A stretch of 64,000 nt of DNA, taken from positions 672,001 through 736,000 of the forward strand of contig JAULAX010000017.1 in the NCBI GenBank assembly GCA_032654565.1, written 5' to 3'. Shown one piece after another: positions 33,093 to 45,694 of the stretch. Made by a program: the position numbers and the translations under genes. The notes below the pieces were generated by a model, which searched no databases, had not been told where the DNA came from, and saw only the letters and a program-made list of their open reading frames with translations. This DNA comes from Anaeromyxobacteraceae bacterium. GTDB lineage: Bacteria; Myxococcota; Myxococcia; Myxococcales; Anaeromyxobacteraceae. Every line of letters begins with the position of its first letter. The stretch's first letter is position 1.

Positions 33093-34265
33093 TTAGACCC
33101 GCTCGAAGATGCCGGCCGCGCCCATGCCGCCGCCGATGCACATGGAGACCGCCCCGTAGCGGGACCCGGTCCGCTTCAGCTCGCTGAGCAGCGTCGCCGT
33201 CAGCTTGGCGCCGGTGCAGCCGAGCGGGTGGCCCAGCGCGATGGCCCCGCCGTTGACGTTGACCCGGGCCGGATCCAGGCCGAGGGCGCGGACGCAGGCC
33301 AGCGACTGGGCGGCGAAGGCCTCGTTCAGCTCGATGACCGCCAGGTCGTCGAGCTTGAGGCCGGCCTTCTTGAGGGCGGCCGGGATGGCCTCGACCGGGC
33401 CGATGCCCATCAGCTCGGGGGGCACGCCGCGGGCGGCGAAGCCGACGAAGCGGGCCAGCGGCTGGGCGCCGCTCTGCTTGAGGAAGGCCTCGGAGACCAC
33501 CATCACCGCGGCGGCGCCGTCGGTCATCTGCGAGGCGTTGCCGGCGGTGACGGTGCCGCCCACCTTGAAGGCCGGCTTGAGCTTGCCCAGCCCCTCGGCG
33601 GTGGTGTCGCGGCGGACCCCCTCGTCGGCGGTGAACCGCTCGGCGCGGCGCTGCACCTTCCCCTTGACCAGCCCCACCGTCTCCACGTCGACCGGCACCA
33701 GCTCGTCCTGGTAGCGGCCGGCGTCCTGGGCGGCGGCGGCGCGCCGGTGGCTCTCGGCGGCGAAGGCGTCCTGGTCGGCGCGGGAGATGGCGTACTTGTC
33801 GGCCACCAGCTCGGCGGTGATCCCCATCGAGGCGTAGGACTCCGGCCAGGCGCCCACCAGCCCGGGGTTGGCGCTGAACTTGGAGCCGCCCATGGGCACC
33901 AGGCTCATGCTCTCGGTCCCCCCGGCGATGATGCAGTCGGCGCCGCCGGACATGATCCGCTCGGCGGCGGTGGCGATCGACTGCAGCCCGGAGGCGCAGA
34001 AGCGGTTCACCGTCTGGGCCGGCACCTGGTAGGGCAGCCCGGCCTTGAAGGAGGCCACCCGGGCCACGTTCATGCCCTGCTCGCCCTCGGGGAAGGCGCA
34101 GCCGAGGATGACGTCCTCGATCAGCATGGGGTCGATCCCGGTCCGCTCCAGCAGCGCCTTGATGGCCACGGCGGCGAGGTCGTCGGGGCGGACGTCCTTC
34201 AGCTTCCCCTTCTTGGCCTTGCCGCCGGGGGTGCGGACGGCGGCGAGGACGTAGGCTGCGCTCAT
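33093..34265 (-). CDS. fadA: Acetyl-CoA C-acyltransferase (thiolase)
   Basis: Motifs [38 protein letters not shown]. Confidence 0.95.
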   Translation of the reverse strand: MSAAYVLAAVRTPGGKAKKGKLKDVRPDDLAAVAIKALLERTGIDPMLIEDVILGCAFPEGEQGMNVARVASFKAGLPYQVPAQTVNRFCASGLQSIATAAERIMSGGADCIIAGGTESMSLVPMGGSKFSANPGLVGAWPESYASMGITAELVADKYAISRADQDAFAAESHRRAAAAQDAGRYQDELVPVDVETVGLVKGKVQRRAERFTADEGVRRDTTAEGLGKLKPAFKVGGTVTAGNASQMTDGAAAVMVVSEAFLKQSGAQPLARFVGFAARGVPPELMGIGPVEAIPAALKKAGLKLDDLAVIELNEAFAAQSLACVRALGLDPARVNVNGGAIALGHPLGCTGAKLTATLLSELKRTGSRYGAVSMCIGGGMGAAGIFERV

Positions 34266-34318
34266 GGCTGGCTCCCTGTGGTTCGTGTCGAGGCGGTGAG
34301 AGGCGGTGGCCCGGCGGC

Positions 34319-36727
34319 TCAGTTGCGGAGCGGCTTGCCCTTCTTGAGCATGTGCTGGATCCGCTCCACGGTCTTGGGCTGGCCGCAGAGCTTGAGGAAG
34401 GCCTCGCGCTCCAGGTCGAGGAACCACTGCTCGGTCACCACCGTGCCGGCCGGGACGTCGCCGCCGGTGATGACGTGGGCGATGGTCTTTCCGAGCTGCT
34501 CCTCGTACTCGGTGATGAAGCCGCCCATGCGCATGTTCCAGAGGCTGGAGTTGAGGCTGCCGGCGATGCTCTTCCCCGGCGCCTTGAGGTCGGTGGCCGG
34601 CTGGGAGGGGCGGTAGTTGGCGGCCAGGGCCAGGACCCGAAGCTTGGCGTCATGGATGAGCTGGTCCCCGCCGAGGGTGATGGTGTCCCCCTGGCGCAGC
34701 AGCCCCATGGGCCCGAGCTCGGCGGCCGAGGTGCCCACCTTGGCCATGGCGATGGTGCTGAAGTTCTTGAAGAGGAAGGGGGTGACGTCGGTGTCCCACT
34801 GGTCGGCGAGCCGGATGGCGCGCAGGGCCAGCTCCTTGGTGCCGCCGCCGGCCGGCAGCAGGCCGACCCCGATCTCGACCAGGCCCATGTAGGTCTCGGC
34901 GTTGGCGACGATGGCGTCGGAGTGCAGGCAGACCTCGCAGCCGCCACCCAGGGCCATGCCGTGGGGCGCCGCCACCACCGGGACCCGGGCGTACTTCACC
35001 GCCATCATCGCCTTCTGGAAGGCGCTCACCGTCAGGGCCACCTCGTCGTAGGCCCCCTCGGCGATGGCCATCACCAGCAGCGCCAGGTTGGCGCCGGCGG
35101 AGAAGTTGCTCCCCTGGTTGGCGATCACCAGCCCCTGCCCCTCGGTCTCGGCGCGCCGCACCGCCTTGTGCACCATGGCCAGCACGTCGTTGCCGATGGC
35201 GTTCATCTTGGTGTGGAACTCCAGGCCGAAGACCCCGTCGCCGAGATCGAAGACCGAGGCGCCGGAGTTCCTCTCCACCACCTTGCCGGCCTTCTCCAGC
35301 AGCACCAGGTCGAGCTGCCCGGCCGGCACCGGCACGTTCTTCCAGCCGCCGCCCAGCGGGTCGAAGTGGCGCTTCAGGCCGTTCTCGTACCCGTAGAAGG
35401 CCTCGACCTTCTTGAGCCCGGCCGGCACCGCCACCCCCTCGGCCTCGGCCCGCTTGACGAAGTCGGCGACCCCGACGGCGTCGAGCATCTCGAACGGCCC
35501 CAGCTCCCAGTTGAAGCCCCAGCGCATGGCGTTGTCGACGTTGACCACGTCGTCGGCGATCTCCGGGAGCCGGTTGAAGGCGTAGATGAGCGTGTCGCGC
35601 AGGTTGCGCCAGGCCAGCTGGGCCCCCTTGTCGCTCCCCGCCAGCACGGTGCGCAGCCGCTTGCCCGGGTCGTCGATCCCCTTGCCGGCCTCCACCGAGG
35701 CGAACTTGGGGCGGCGGCCGGGCGCGTACTCGCCCTTGACGTGGTCGTAGTAGAAGCTCTCCGGCTTCTCGCCCTTGGTCTTCTTGAAGAAGCCCTGCTT
35801 CGACTTGTTGCCGAGCAGCCCCTTCTTCACCATCTGGGTCATGAAGTCGGGCAGCTTGAAGACCTGGCGCTGCTCGTCCTTGGGGAGCAGGTCGTAGGAG
35901 TTCTGGGCCACGTGCATCAGGGTGTCGATGCCCACCAGGTCGGCGGTGCGGAAGCAGGCGCTCTTGGGGCGGGCGGTGGCCGGGCCGGCCACGGCGTCGA
36001 CCTCCTCGACGTCCATCCCCAGCTCCTGCATGTGCTTGACGGCGTTGCAGATGGCGAAGACGCCGATGCGGTTGGCCACGAAGTTGGGCGTGTCCTTGCC
36101 GAAGACGATCCCCTTGCCCAGCCGGCGGCGGATGAAGTCGGCCATCCCCACCGCCACGCCGGGATCGGTGTGGCGGCTGGAGACGATCTCCAGCAGCTTC
36201 ATGTAGCGGGGCGGGTTGAAGAAGTGGGTGACCAGGAAGCGCGGGCGGAGCGCCTCGGGGAGCCCGTCGGCCAGCTCGTTGACCGAGAGGCCGGAGGTGT
36301 TGGTGGAGAGGATGGCGCCCGGCTTCATGTTGGGGGCGATCTTCTCGGCGAACAGGGCCTTCTTGATGGCCATGTTCTCGATCACCACCTCGATGACCCA
36401 GTCGCACTCGCGCAGCCGGGCCAGGTCGTCCTCGAGGTTGCCGATCTCGATGCGGGCCAGGTCGGAGGCCAGGAAGATCGGCGAGGGCTTGAGCTTCTCC
36501 AGGGCCGCCAGGCCGGCGGCCGGGATGCGGTTGCGGACCGCCGGGCTCTCCAGCGTCAGGCCGGCGGCGGTCTCCTCGGGCGACGGCGCCCGGGGGACGA
36601 TGTCGAACAGCACCACCTTCAGCCCGGCGTTGACCAGGTGGGCGGCGATGGTCCCGCCCATCACGCCCGCGCCCAGCACCGCCACCTTGTCGATCCTGGG
36701 GATCGAACCGCCAACCGTCGTGCCCAT
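34319..36727 (-). CDS. fadN: 3-hydroxyacyl-CoA dehydrogenase/enoyl-CoA hydratase (FadN type)
   Basis: Motifs [27 protein letters not shown]; crotonase [22 protein letters not shown]-terminal GKPLRN. Confidence 0.93.
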   Translation of the reverse strand: MGTTVGGSIPRIDKVAVLGAGVMGGTIAAHLVNAGLKVVLFDIVPRAPSPEETAAGLTLESPAVRNRIPAAGLAALEKLKPSPIFLASDLARIEIGNLEDDLARLRECDWVIEVVIENMAIKKALFAEKIAPNMKPGAILSTNTSGLSVNELADGLPEALRPRFLVTHFFNPPRYMKLLEIVSSRHTDPGVAVGMADFIRRRLGKGIVFGKDTPNFVANRIGVFAICNAVKHMQELGMDVEEVDAVAGPATARPKSACFRTADLVGIDTLMHVAQNSYDLLPKDEQRQVFKLPDFMTQMVKKGLLGNKSKQGFFKKTKGEKPESFYYDHVKGEYAPGRRPKFASVEAGKGIDDPGKRLRTVLAGSDKGAQLAWRNLRDTLIYAFNRLPEIADDVVNVDNAMRWGFNWELGPFEMLDAVGVADFVKRAEAEGVAVPAGLKKVEAFYGYENGLKRHFDPLGGGWKNVPVPAGQLDLVLLEKAGKVVERNSGASVFDLGDGVFGLEFHTKMNAIGNDVLAMVHKAVRRAETEGQGLVIANQGSNFSAGANLALLVMAIAEGAYDEVALTVSAFQKAMMAVKYARVPVVAAPHGMALGGGCEVCLHSDAIVANAETYMGLVEIGVGLLPAGGGTKELALRAIRLADQWDTDVTPFLFKNFSTIAMAKVGTSAAELGPMGLLRQGDTITLGGDQLIHDAKLRVLALAANYRPSQPATDLKAPGKSIAGSLNSSLWNMRMGGFITEYEEQLGKTIAHVITGGDVPAGTVVTEQWFLDLEREAFLKLCGQPKTVERIQHMLKKGKPLRN

Positions 36728-36805
36728 CTGGCCTCCTCGCGTGCTGTCGGACCACGTTGGTGTTGCCGGCGCCACGTGCGCTGATTCTGGAGTCGGGCGG
36801 AGGTG

Positions 36806-36821
36806 TGCAACGAGCCGGCCA
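36806..36821 (-). promoter_or_regulatory. sigma54 (-24/-12) promoter of the fadN-fadA-fadE operon
   Basis: Minus strand TGGCCGGCTCGTTGCA (GG-N10-GC). An AT-rich tract (about 36822-36895) lies upstream, and a sigma54 activator gene is divergent. Confidence 0.8.
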
Positions 36822-36977
36822 GTTGATTTTTGATATGGAGCCAACTACTCACCTATTTGAGACTATTGATCTTTTATGGTCATATTGACTTGACTGGTGC
36901 GACAGGTGTCTCATGCTCTGTCCCAGCTTCGAGACGGTCCTGTACCAGCATTGATCCGCCGGGCAGCTCGTCGCAGC

Positions 36978-37104
36978 CCCGTCCCAGAGTAGTTGAGCGC
37001 AACCCGTCCCAGAGTAATTGAGCCGCCCTGAGTCGCCCCGTCCCAGAGTAGTTGGCTCCCCCCGTCCCGGAGCCGTTCACGACCCCGTCCCAGAGCAATT
37101 CGCG
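36978..37104 (+). repeat. Five imperfect direct repeats, consensus CCCGTCCCAGAGTARTT (candidate operator/enhancer sites)
   Basis: Copies start at 36978, 37003, 37037, 37061 and 37084. Confidence 0.85.
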
Positions 37105-37112
37105 GAGCCGCC

Positions 37113-39063
<1,951 letters not shown>

Positions 39064-39074
<11 letters not shown>

Positions 39075-40830
39075 GCCACTCGAACCAGACCGGGTGGTTG
39101 GCCTTGTACCACTCGAGCACCTCGCGAATGGCCAGCTGCTTGTCGCGCGGCATGACCCGCTCGTCGATCCGGTCCCAGTGGACGATGATGTTCTCGCCGT
39201 CGTGCTCCAGGGCCTGCGAGAGCATGGTCTGCAGCTCGTTGCGGATGCGCCCCGAGTCGGAGATCTTCACCGGCCGGGTGCGGTGATCGACGCCGGAGAG
39301 GAAGCGGACCAGCAGCGGGCTGAAGACGTGGCGGGCCTGGTCGAGCTGGTCCATGAAGCGGAAGGTGAAGGTGATGCGGGCCGAGGCCTTGCGGGTGGCC
39401 AGCAGGGTGGTCACCTTGTAGACCCCCTCCCCCACCTTCTCGATCCCCGGCGCCCCGCTGTACGGGTCGTCGCTCATGTAGCCGACGCAGGAGAGGACGT
39501 GCCAGTCCTTCTGCGGCAGGAAGTCGTCGGCGTGGAGCACCTTGCGCCCGGTCGGCATGTTGGAGGCGCGCGCCTCCTCGATGGCGTCGGCGTAGGCCTT
39601 GACCTGCACCGGCCCGACGTCGACGCCGCCGTGGAGCTCCTTGACCCGGGCGGCGAAGCCGGGGTCGGCGGGATCCAGCTGCATCAGCTGCGCCTCCTTG
39701 TGGCAGGGCAGCTCGAAGGTGGGCGAGAACATCGCCATGCTGGCGTCGACGTCCAGCACCTCGGAGAGGCTGGAGGCCTGCATGGCCTCGGCGGTGGCGG
39801 CGTAGCCGTCGCAGAGGAAGACGTGGGTCTTGCCGGCGGCGTCCTTCCAGCTGCCCACCAGGAAGGTTGGGGCGTAGGTGCCGGAGTCGGTGAAGACGGC
39901 GTGCCCGGAGGGGGCCACCCAGCCGTCCTCGACGAGGTGGCAGCCGGTGTCCTTCCACTCCTGCCAGAGCGGCCCCAGCCGCTTGACCCGGCTCTTCCCG
40001 GAGAGCGTCCAGACGTGGACGTTCTTCCGCTCGATGCCCGGGTAGGTGGCCTCGATGGCCTCCGCCACCTGGGCCCGCGGCGTCCGGTAGTCGAGCAGCA
40101 GGGCGGTCCGCTCGGCGGTCTCGCAGACCCGCCGGGGCACGGTGAGGCAGCCCATGTAGGACTCGTAGGGCTTGGCCACCCGCAGCGGCTGGTCGAAGAG
40201 GTGGAACACCGTCATGGGGCCGGTCGGCTTCCCCTCGGCGAAGCGGGAGGTGCACTCCAGGGTGTCGATGGCGGCGCCCCAGATGGTGATGCCGCGGTCC
40301 TGCAGCCAGCCGTGGAAGTTCTGGAAGGTGTGGCCGGGCTCGTTGAGCAGCCGCCGCACCCGGCGATCGACGGTGCGGGCCACCTCGGGGCGGGCGTAGA
40401 CCCGGCCGAAGCCGAGCAGCGGGTTGGCCCCCATCTCCGGGGTCTCGCCGGCCTTGGGCATCAGCCCCTCGCCCAGCGAGACCATGATGGCGTGGCTCTC
40501 CGGCAGGGTGCGGGTCAGGTGCCAGAGCCCCTCGCTCATCACGTAGGCGCTGATGGCGTCGGCGGCCTTCTTGGCCTGGTTGTACCCCTGCTTGTCCTGC
40601 CCCTTCCCCTCGCCGTGGCCGCCGAAGAGCTTGGTGCCGAGCGCGGTGGCCGCCGCGGTCACCGCCAGGCAGCGGGTGATGCCGCGCGGGGTGAAACTGT
40701 GCGAGCTGACCGGGTCGGCCTGGGCCCGCTCCACCTCGACGTCCTCCAGCCAGAGGTGGAAGCGGAGCAGCACGGGCCGGGTGTCGAAGGCCCACTGGGC
40801 GATGACGTTGCGCTTCTCGAAGTCGGTCAT
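39064..40830 (-). CDS. Hypothetical protein, probable highly divergent GlpX-type (class II) fructose-1,6-bisphosphatase
   Basis: Strong ORF. GlpX-like motifs in order: G.G.DK..KKAADA, IMVSLGEG, AIDTLECT, ESYMGCL, NVHVWTL..R. Divergent from pfk. Function inferred. Confidence 0.6.
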
Positions 40831-41005
40831 GGAGTGGTGCCCCGGAGGTCGGCCTGCGGTGGAGGGTCATTGTAGCCGCCTCTCCCGCGAAAGGGGTGCG
40901 CGGATTGCGAGCACCCGCCCGGACCCCGGGCCGACATCGGGAGCGGCGGCGGCGGAGCCCGGCGACAAAGCGGAATCGGGGCCGGACTCGCGTTAAGTTG
41001 GGAGG

Positions 41006-42199
41006 ATGGCCACCAAGAGAAAGCGCGTCGGCATCCTCACCGGCGGGGGCGACGTCCCCGGCCTCAACTCGGTGATCAAGAGCGTGGTCTACCGCGGCTG
41101 GGAGCACGACCTGGAGGTCGTCGGCATGCGCCGGGGCTTCGAGGGGCTCACCCACGTCGACCTCGACGACCCGTACAGCAAGTCGCGCTACATCGTCCCC
41201 CTCGACCGCGAGACCTGCCGGACCATCGACCGCTCCGGCGGGACCATGCTCCACACCAGCCGCGTCGGCCCGGGGAAGGTGAGCAAGCTGCCGCCGCACC
41301 TGGTCAACGCCGGCGTCCCGGAGATCCCCGGCCCCAGCGGTCCGTCCTGGGACCTCACCCCGCAGGTGCTCAAGAACATCGAGCGGCTCGGCCTCGAGTA
41401 CCTGATCTGCATCGGCGGCGACGGCACGCTGCGCTCCGCCGCCCAGCTCAACGCACTCGGGGTCAAGGTCATCGGCATCCCCAAGACCATGGACAACGAC
41501 GTGCAGGGGACCGAGTACTGCATCGGCTTCTCCACCGCCATCACCCGGGCCACTGACGCCATCGAGCGGCAGCGGACCACGGTGGGCTCGCACGAGCGCA
41601 TCGGCATCTTCCGCGTCTTCGGCCGCGACGCCGGCTTCACCGCCCTCTATACCGGCCACGTCACCTCCAACCGCTGCGTCATCCCGGAGTACAAGGTCGA
41701 CGTCGAGAAGCTCATCGACCTGCTGGTGACCGAGAAGCGCGAGAACCCGAGCAACTACGCCATCGTGGTCCTCTCCGAGGGGGCCACCTGGCACGGCTAC
41801 GAGGTGGTGGAGTACGGCGCCGCCGACACCTACGGGCGCCGGCGCAAGGCCAGCGTCGCCGAGGTGCTGGCCGAGGAGTTCCGGCTGCGCACCAGCGAGG
41901 AGACCATCGTCTCCGACCTGACCTACGACCTGCGCTCCGGCGAGCCGGACTTCCTCGACAAGCTGGTGGCCTCCACCTTCGGCACCCTGGCGCTCGACGC
42001 CGTGCTGGCAGGGAAGAGCGGCGTGATGTCGGCGCTGGTGGAGGGGACCTACCAGCTGGTGCCGCTGCCCGACCCGAAGCTGGGGGCGCGCAAGGTCGAC
42101 GTCCCCTCCATGTACAACACCGACCGCTACCGGCCGCTCTACGCCAACAAGCTGGGGCTGCCCATCTTCCTCAACCGGCTCCCGCCCCGGAAGCCCTGA
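41006..42199 (+). CDS. pfkA: 6-phosphofructokinase (PfkA superfamily)
   Basis: Motifs TGGGDVPGLN, GGTMLHTSR, IGGDGT, IPKTMDND, IGFSTA, YDLRSG. Confidence 0.92.
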   Translation: MATKRKRVGILTGGGDVPGLNSVIKSVVYRGWEHDLEVVGMRRGFEGLTHVDLDDPYSKSRYIVPLDRETCRTIDRSGGTMLHTSRVGPGKVSKLPPHLVNAGVPEIPGPSGPSWDLTPQVLKNIERLGLEYLICIGGDGTLRSAAQLNALGVKVIGIPKTMDNDVQGTEYCIGFSTAITRATDAIERQRTTVGSHERIGIFRVFGRDAGFTALYTGHVTSNRCVIPEYKVDVEKLIDLLVTEKRENPSNYAIVVLSEGATWHGYEVVEYGAADTYGRRRKASVAEVLAEEFRLRTSEETIVSDLTYDLRSGEPDFLDKLVASTFGTLALDAVLAGKSGVMSALVEGTYQLVPLPDPKLGARKVDVPSMYNTDRYRPLYANKLGLPIFLNRLPPRKP

Positions 42200-42208
42200 G
42201 CGCCCGCC

Positions 42209-43630
42209 GTGGCGCCCTCCCCCGCCCCGCCCGGCCGCGGCGGCCCCACCCTGCTGGTCCGCGACGCGGCGCTGGTCGCCACCCTCGACGAGCAGCGGCG
42301 CGAGCTGCCGGGCGCCTCGATCTTCGCCCGCGGCGGCTTCATCGAGGCCATCGGCCCGGCCGCGGCGCTGCCCGCCACCGCCGACCGGGTCATCGACGGG
42401 CGCGGCCACCTGGTGGTGCCGGGCCTCGTCAACACCCACCACCACATGTACCAGTCGCTGACCCGGGCGGTGCCGGCGGTCCAGGACGCCGAGCTCTTCT
42501 CCTGGCTGCGCGGCCTCTACCCGGTCTGGGCCGGCCTCGACCCGGAGATGGCCCGGGTCTCGGCGCTGGTGGCCATGGCCGAGCTGCTGCTCTCCGGCTG
42601 CACCACCTCCGCCGATCACCTCTACCTCTTCCCCAACGGCGTCCGGCTCGACGACACCATCGAGGCGGCGGCCACCGCCGGCCTGCGCTTCACCGCCACC
42701 CGCGGCGCCATGAGCGTGGGGCGCAGCCAGGGCGGCCTGCCCCCCGACGAGCTGGTGGAGAGCGAGCCGGCCATCCTCGCCGACATGGAGCGGGTGGTGG
42801 GGCGCTGGCACGACCCCGCGCCCGGGGCCATGGTGCAGGTGGCGCTGGCCCCCTGCTCGCCCTTCTCGGTGAGCCGCGAGCTGATGCGCGACACCGCGGC
42901 GCTGGCCCGGGCGCGCCGGGTCCGGCTCCACACCCACCTGGCCGAGAACGACCGCGACGTGGCCTGGTCGCGCCAGAAGTTCCGGCGCACCCCGGCCGAG
43001 TACGCCGAGGAGCTGGGCTGGGTGGGTCCGGACGTCTGGCACGCCCACGCCGTCAAGCTCGACGTCGCCGGGATCGCCCGCTTCGCCGCCACCGGCACCG
43101 GCGTGGCCCACTGCCCCTGCTCCAACATGCGCCTGGCGAGCGGCATCGCCCCGGTGCGCGCCATGCTCGATGCTGGGGTGCCGGTGGGGCTGGGCGTGGA
43201 CGGCAGCGCCTCCAACGACGGGGCGCAGCTGCTGGGCGAGGCCCGCCAGGCGCTGCTGCTGGCCCGCCTGGCGGCCTCGCTGGTCCCCCTCGGCTGCGAC
43301 CGCGGCCCGGCGGCGATGACGGCGCGCGACGCCCTGGCGCTGGCCACCCGCGGCGGCGCCCGGGTGCTGGGGCGGGCCGACATCGGCCACCTGGCACCGG
43401 GGATGTGCGCCGACCTGGCCCTCTTCGATCTCGGCGCACCGGGGCTGGCTGGCGGCGCCGTCCACGACCCGGTGGGCGCGCTGCTGCTCTGCGCCCCGCA
43501 GCCGGCCGCCTTCACGGTGGTGGCCGGCCGGGTGCTGGTGGAGCACGGGCGGCTCACCAGCTTCGAGCTGGCCCCGGTGCTGGCGCGCCACGACGCGCTG
43601 GCGAGGGCGCTGGTCGAGCGGGCTCGCTGA
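42209..43630 (+). CDS. 8-oxoguanine deaminase-like amidohydrolase
   Basis: Motifs NTHHHMYQSLTR, APCSPFSVS, HTHLAEN, HCPCSNMRLASG, GVDGSASND; next to purine transport genes. Confidence 0.85.
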   Translation: MAPSPAPPGRGGPTLLVRDAALVATLDEQRRELPGASIFARGGFIEAIGPAAALPATADRVIDGRGHLVVPGLVNTHHHMYQSLTRAVPAVQDAELFSWLRGLYPVWAGLDPEMARVSALVAMAELLLSGCTTSADHLYLFPNGVRLDDTIEAAATAGLRFTATRGAMSVGRSQGGLPPDELVESEPAILADMERVVGRWHDPAPGAMVQVALAPCSPFSVSRELMRDTAALARARRVRLHTHLAENDRDVAWSRQKFRRTPAEYAEELGWVGPDVWHAHAVKLDVAGIARFAATGTGVAHCPCSNMRLASGIAPVRAMLDAGVPVGLGVDGSASNDGAQLLGEARQALLLARLAASLVPLGCDRGPAAMTARDALALATRGGARVLGRADIGHLAPGMCADLALFDLGAPGLAGGAVHDPVGALLLCAPQPAAFTVVAGRVLVEHGRLTSFELAPVLARHDALARALVERAR

Positions 43631-43674
43631 GGTGCCGGGACCCCGGGGACCCCGGCGACCCCGGTGCCGGACAT
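43631..43674 (+). repeat. Cassette-end motif: (GACCCCG)x3 + GGTGCCGGACAT
   Basis: GACCCCGGTGCCGGACAT (43657-43674) is identical to 44750-44767 and contains the reverse complement of the array unit. Confidence 0.8.
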
Positions 43675-43910
43675 GGGACCCCAACCGGCTGCCGGGGTCG
43701 AAGAAGGAGTGAGGAGTGGGGCGGGCGGTCCGTCCGGCGATCGAGAGGCGTTGCGAAGGGGGAGCAGGGACGGACGGGTCCGCGGTGGGTGCGGGCGTGT
43801 CTGGGCGGCCGCGAGACATCGGCGGTGGCGGGCGCCGGCAGCTCGGGGATTCGCCGATGTCGCGGTTCAGTCACGAACTCGACTTGACCCACCCTGCCCG
43901 GGTCGCGCGG

Positions 43911-44327
43911 CTACTTGATGAAGTACCCCGACACGCGCCAGCGACCATCCTTGTCCAGCATCGGTGTCACCGTCTCGATGGCAGCCTTCTTGTACTTGAA
44001 GGAGCTCTGGTACGTGATGATGACGTACCTTCCGTCCGGCGCCCCGGGCAGCGACTCCGTGTATCTCCGGGAGGACGCCCTGCGAGAGACGAGCTTGCCG
44101 AGCGGCGACCGTGCGGCGCTCAGGGATTTCTCCCAGTCGCCCTTGCTCACCGCGTCCCTGAAGAGTCGGGCCGCGTCGTCCCAGCTGGCGCCGTACTGAC
44201 TGGCATCGACCAGCTTCAGCCAGGCGTCCGCGGCGGCGACCGCGGCGTTCTCCGAGGCTTGGTCAGCGCGAACGCCGCCGGCGACGAGGAGAAGGCTGGC
44301 AATGGAAAGAGCGCGAACGAGCTTCAT
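43911..44327 (-). CDS. Exported DUF4019-like protein
   Basis: Signal peptide; AWLKLVD..YGASW, R.PLG, LPGAPDG.Y, ETVTPM..DG.WRVSGYFI. Codon use visibly less GC-biased than the flanks. Confidence 0.8.
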   Translation of the reverse strand: MKLVRALSIASLLLVAGGVRADQASENAAVAAADAWLKLVDASQYGASWDDAARLFRDAVSKGDWEKSLSAARSPLGKLVSRRASSRRYTESLPGAPDGRYVIITYQSSFKYKKAAIETVTPMLDKDGRWRVSGYFIK

Positions 44328-44443
44328 GGTGGTTCTCCCTCAGGCGGCGAGCTTCGGATGGAAACCAGACAAGGACGAAGCCTGGCCAGCGCGCAAACTT
44401 CGTTCAGCGAGACTCACACCGAGCATACACGGACCCAGCGTCA

Positions 44444-44514
44444 TTTCGGGCGCCCGAAACGGAAATGACCCACCCCGTGCAGGATCCCTCCTTCGCAACT
44501 TCGGGCGCCCGAAG
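44444..44514. repeat. Two 16-bp perfect palindromes with core TTCGGGCGCCCGAA
   Basis: TTTCGGGCGCCCGAAA at 44444-44459 and CTTCGGGCGCCCGAAG at 44499-44514. Confidence 0.85.
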
Positions 44515-44620
44515 CGACTCTGGGTACGTCTCGACGGCCCCCGCCCCGGCACCGTCCGCCCCCACCCTCCCGCTCCCGCTCCCGCCCCCCGGCACCCCGC
44601 CCCCGCCCCCGCCCGCCAAC

Positions 44621-44735
44621 CGCGCCCCCCCCGAAAACGAGGAGGGCCGCCCTCGCGGACGGCCCCCCGGGACTTCAACTCCGCGTGACGGCTACTTCGA
44701 GGCCGGGACCTTGCCCTCGACGCCCTTCACCAGGA
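44621..44735. repeat. Direct repeat copy A (115 bp): duplicated 3' end and terminator of the BMP gene
   Basis: Matches 46160-46274 except one base (44700 A vs 46239 C). Encodes the orphan fragment LVKGVEGKVPASK*. Confidence 0.95.
44633..44668 (-). terminator. Intrinsic terminator (duplicated copy), downstream of the RAYT gene
   Basis: Minus strand GGGGGGCCGTCC-GCGA-GGGCGGCCCTCC-TCGTTTTC. Confidence 0.75.
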
Positions 44736-44997
44736 CCCCGAGGACCCCGGACCCCGGTGCCGGACATTAGACCGAGCAAGACTGATGGCCTGGAACCGCT
44801 AAGAGCCCGTGATTGGGCTCTGGAGCCGAGAAGAGTCTGGCGGAGGACTCAGATCGGCCCGCCGGCCACTACTTCGAGGCTGTACGTGGCCTCCCTTTGG
44901 CACTCGGCGGAGTTGATTTGCTGGGATTTGCGCTGCGAAGGCGAGCCGCGCGGCCTCGGCGGGCATGCCGACCTCAATCGCCAACCACGGCCTCACC

Positions 44998-45663
44998 TCA
45001 GTTTGGAGGTGATAAGCCGCACGCCTCGAGCCGGACGGTCACCCAGCTGAGTTCGCCGATGAACGGGCCGTGGACGAGGTCGGTGCGCCGGGAGCGGAGT
45101 TTCTCGAGAATCGGCGACGCGAACAGGTGCTGGTAGGCGGTGCGCCGGCTCGGCCCCGTGCGTCCGAGGGCGAGATACTCCGGCGCGTCGGTGATGAGGT
45201 CGTCCGACTCGCCGTAGGCGTAGTGGCGGAAACTCGACCAGCGCCACTTGCTTGGGGCCTGGACCAGCCCGGCCCGGACGGGGTTCAAGTCGCCGTAGCG
45301 CATCACCGTGAGCTGATGCCGGCCATCCTGGATGCGGGGAGACCGGAGGCGCTCCATGACGACTTGTCCGCGGCCCTTGGTCCGCCGATTGTACCAGCGG
45401 GCGAAGCCCCAATTGACGACCTTCCAGAAGGCGCTGAAGGCACCCTGACCCTGAGTGGCCCGGATCATGAGGTGCGGATGGGTGCCCATCAAGCAGTATG
45501 AGTAGATCTCGATTCCGAACTTCTCCTTGTACTTCCGCAGGAGTGCCAGAAACGTGAGGCACGCCTCGTCCGAGTCGAGGACAAGGGTGTGGCCGTGGCT
45601 GCGCCAGGTGCAGTGGTTGGTGGAACCATCCTCAACGAGGTGGTTACGGCGGAGTCGAGCCAT
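44998..45663 (-). CDS. REP-associated tyrosine transposase-like HUH endonuclease (RAYT/TnpA-REP, Y1 family), 221 aa
   Basis: N-terminal HCTWR, YCLMGTHPHL (HUH), RYGDLNPVRAGLV (catalytic Tyr), WRWSS. ATG at 45663. Confidence 0.9.
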   Translation of the reverse strand: MARLRRNHLVEDGSTNHCTWRSHGHTLVLDSDEACLTFLALLRKYKEKFGIEIYSYCLMGTHPHLMIRATQGQGAFSAFWKVVNWGFARWYNRRTKGRGQVVMERLRSPRIQDGRHQLTVMRYGDLNPVRAGLVQAPSKWRWSSFRHYAYGESDDLITDAPEYLALGRTGPSRRTAYQHLFASPILEKLRSRRTDLVHGPFIGELSWVTVRLEACGLSPPN

Positions 45664-45678
45664 GACCTCACTGACGTG

Positions 45679-45694
45679 AGCAAGCGCCGCGCCA
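45679..45694 (-). promoter_or_regulatory. sigma54-type -24/-12 motif immediately upstream of the RAYT gene
   Basis: Minus strand TTGGCGCGGCGCTTGCT (GG-N10-GC), ending 15 nt before the ATG. Confidence 0.6.

Noticed and set aside
36822..36895. Specific IHF site
   Set aside because: Only partial WATCAA matches without the downstream TTR; reported simply as an AT-rich tract.
36978..37104. Mini-CRISPR
   Set aside because: A period of 23-34 bp leaves no room for spacers, and the position fits regulatory sites.
44869..44880. 12-bp match CTACTTCGAGGC to direct repeat copy A (44692-44703)
   Set aside because: Too short and unsupported by flanking similarity; may be chance.
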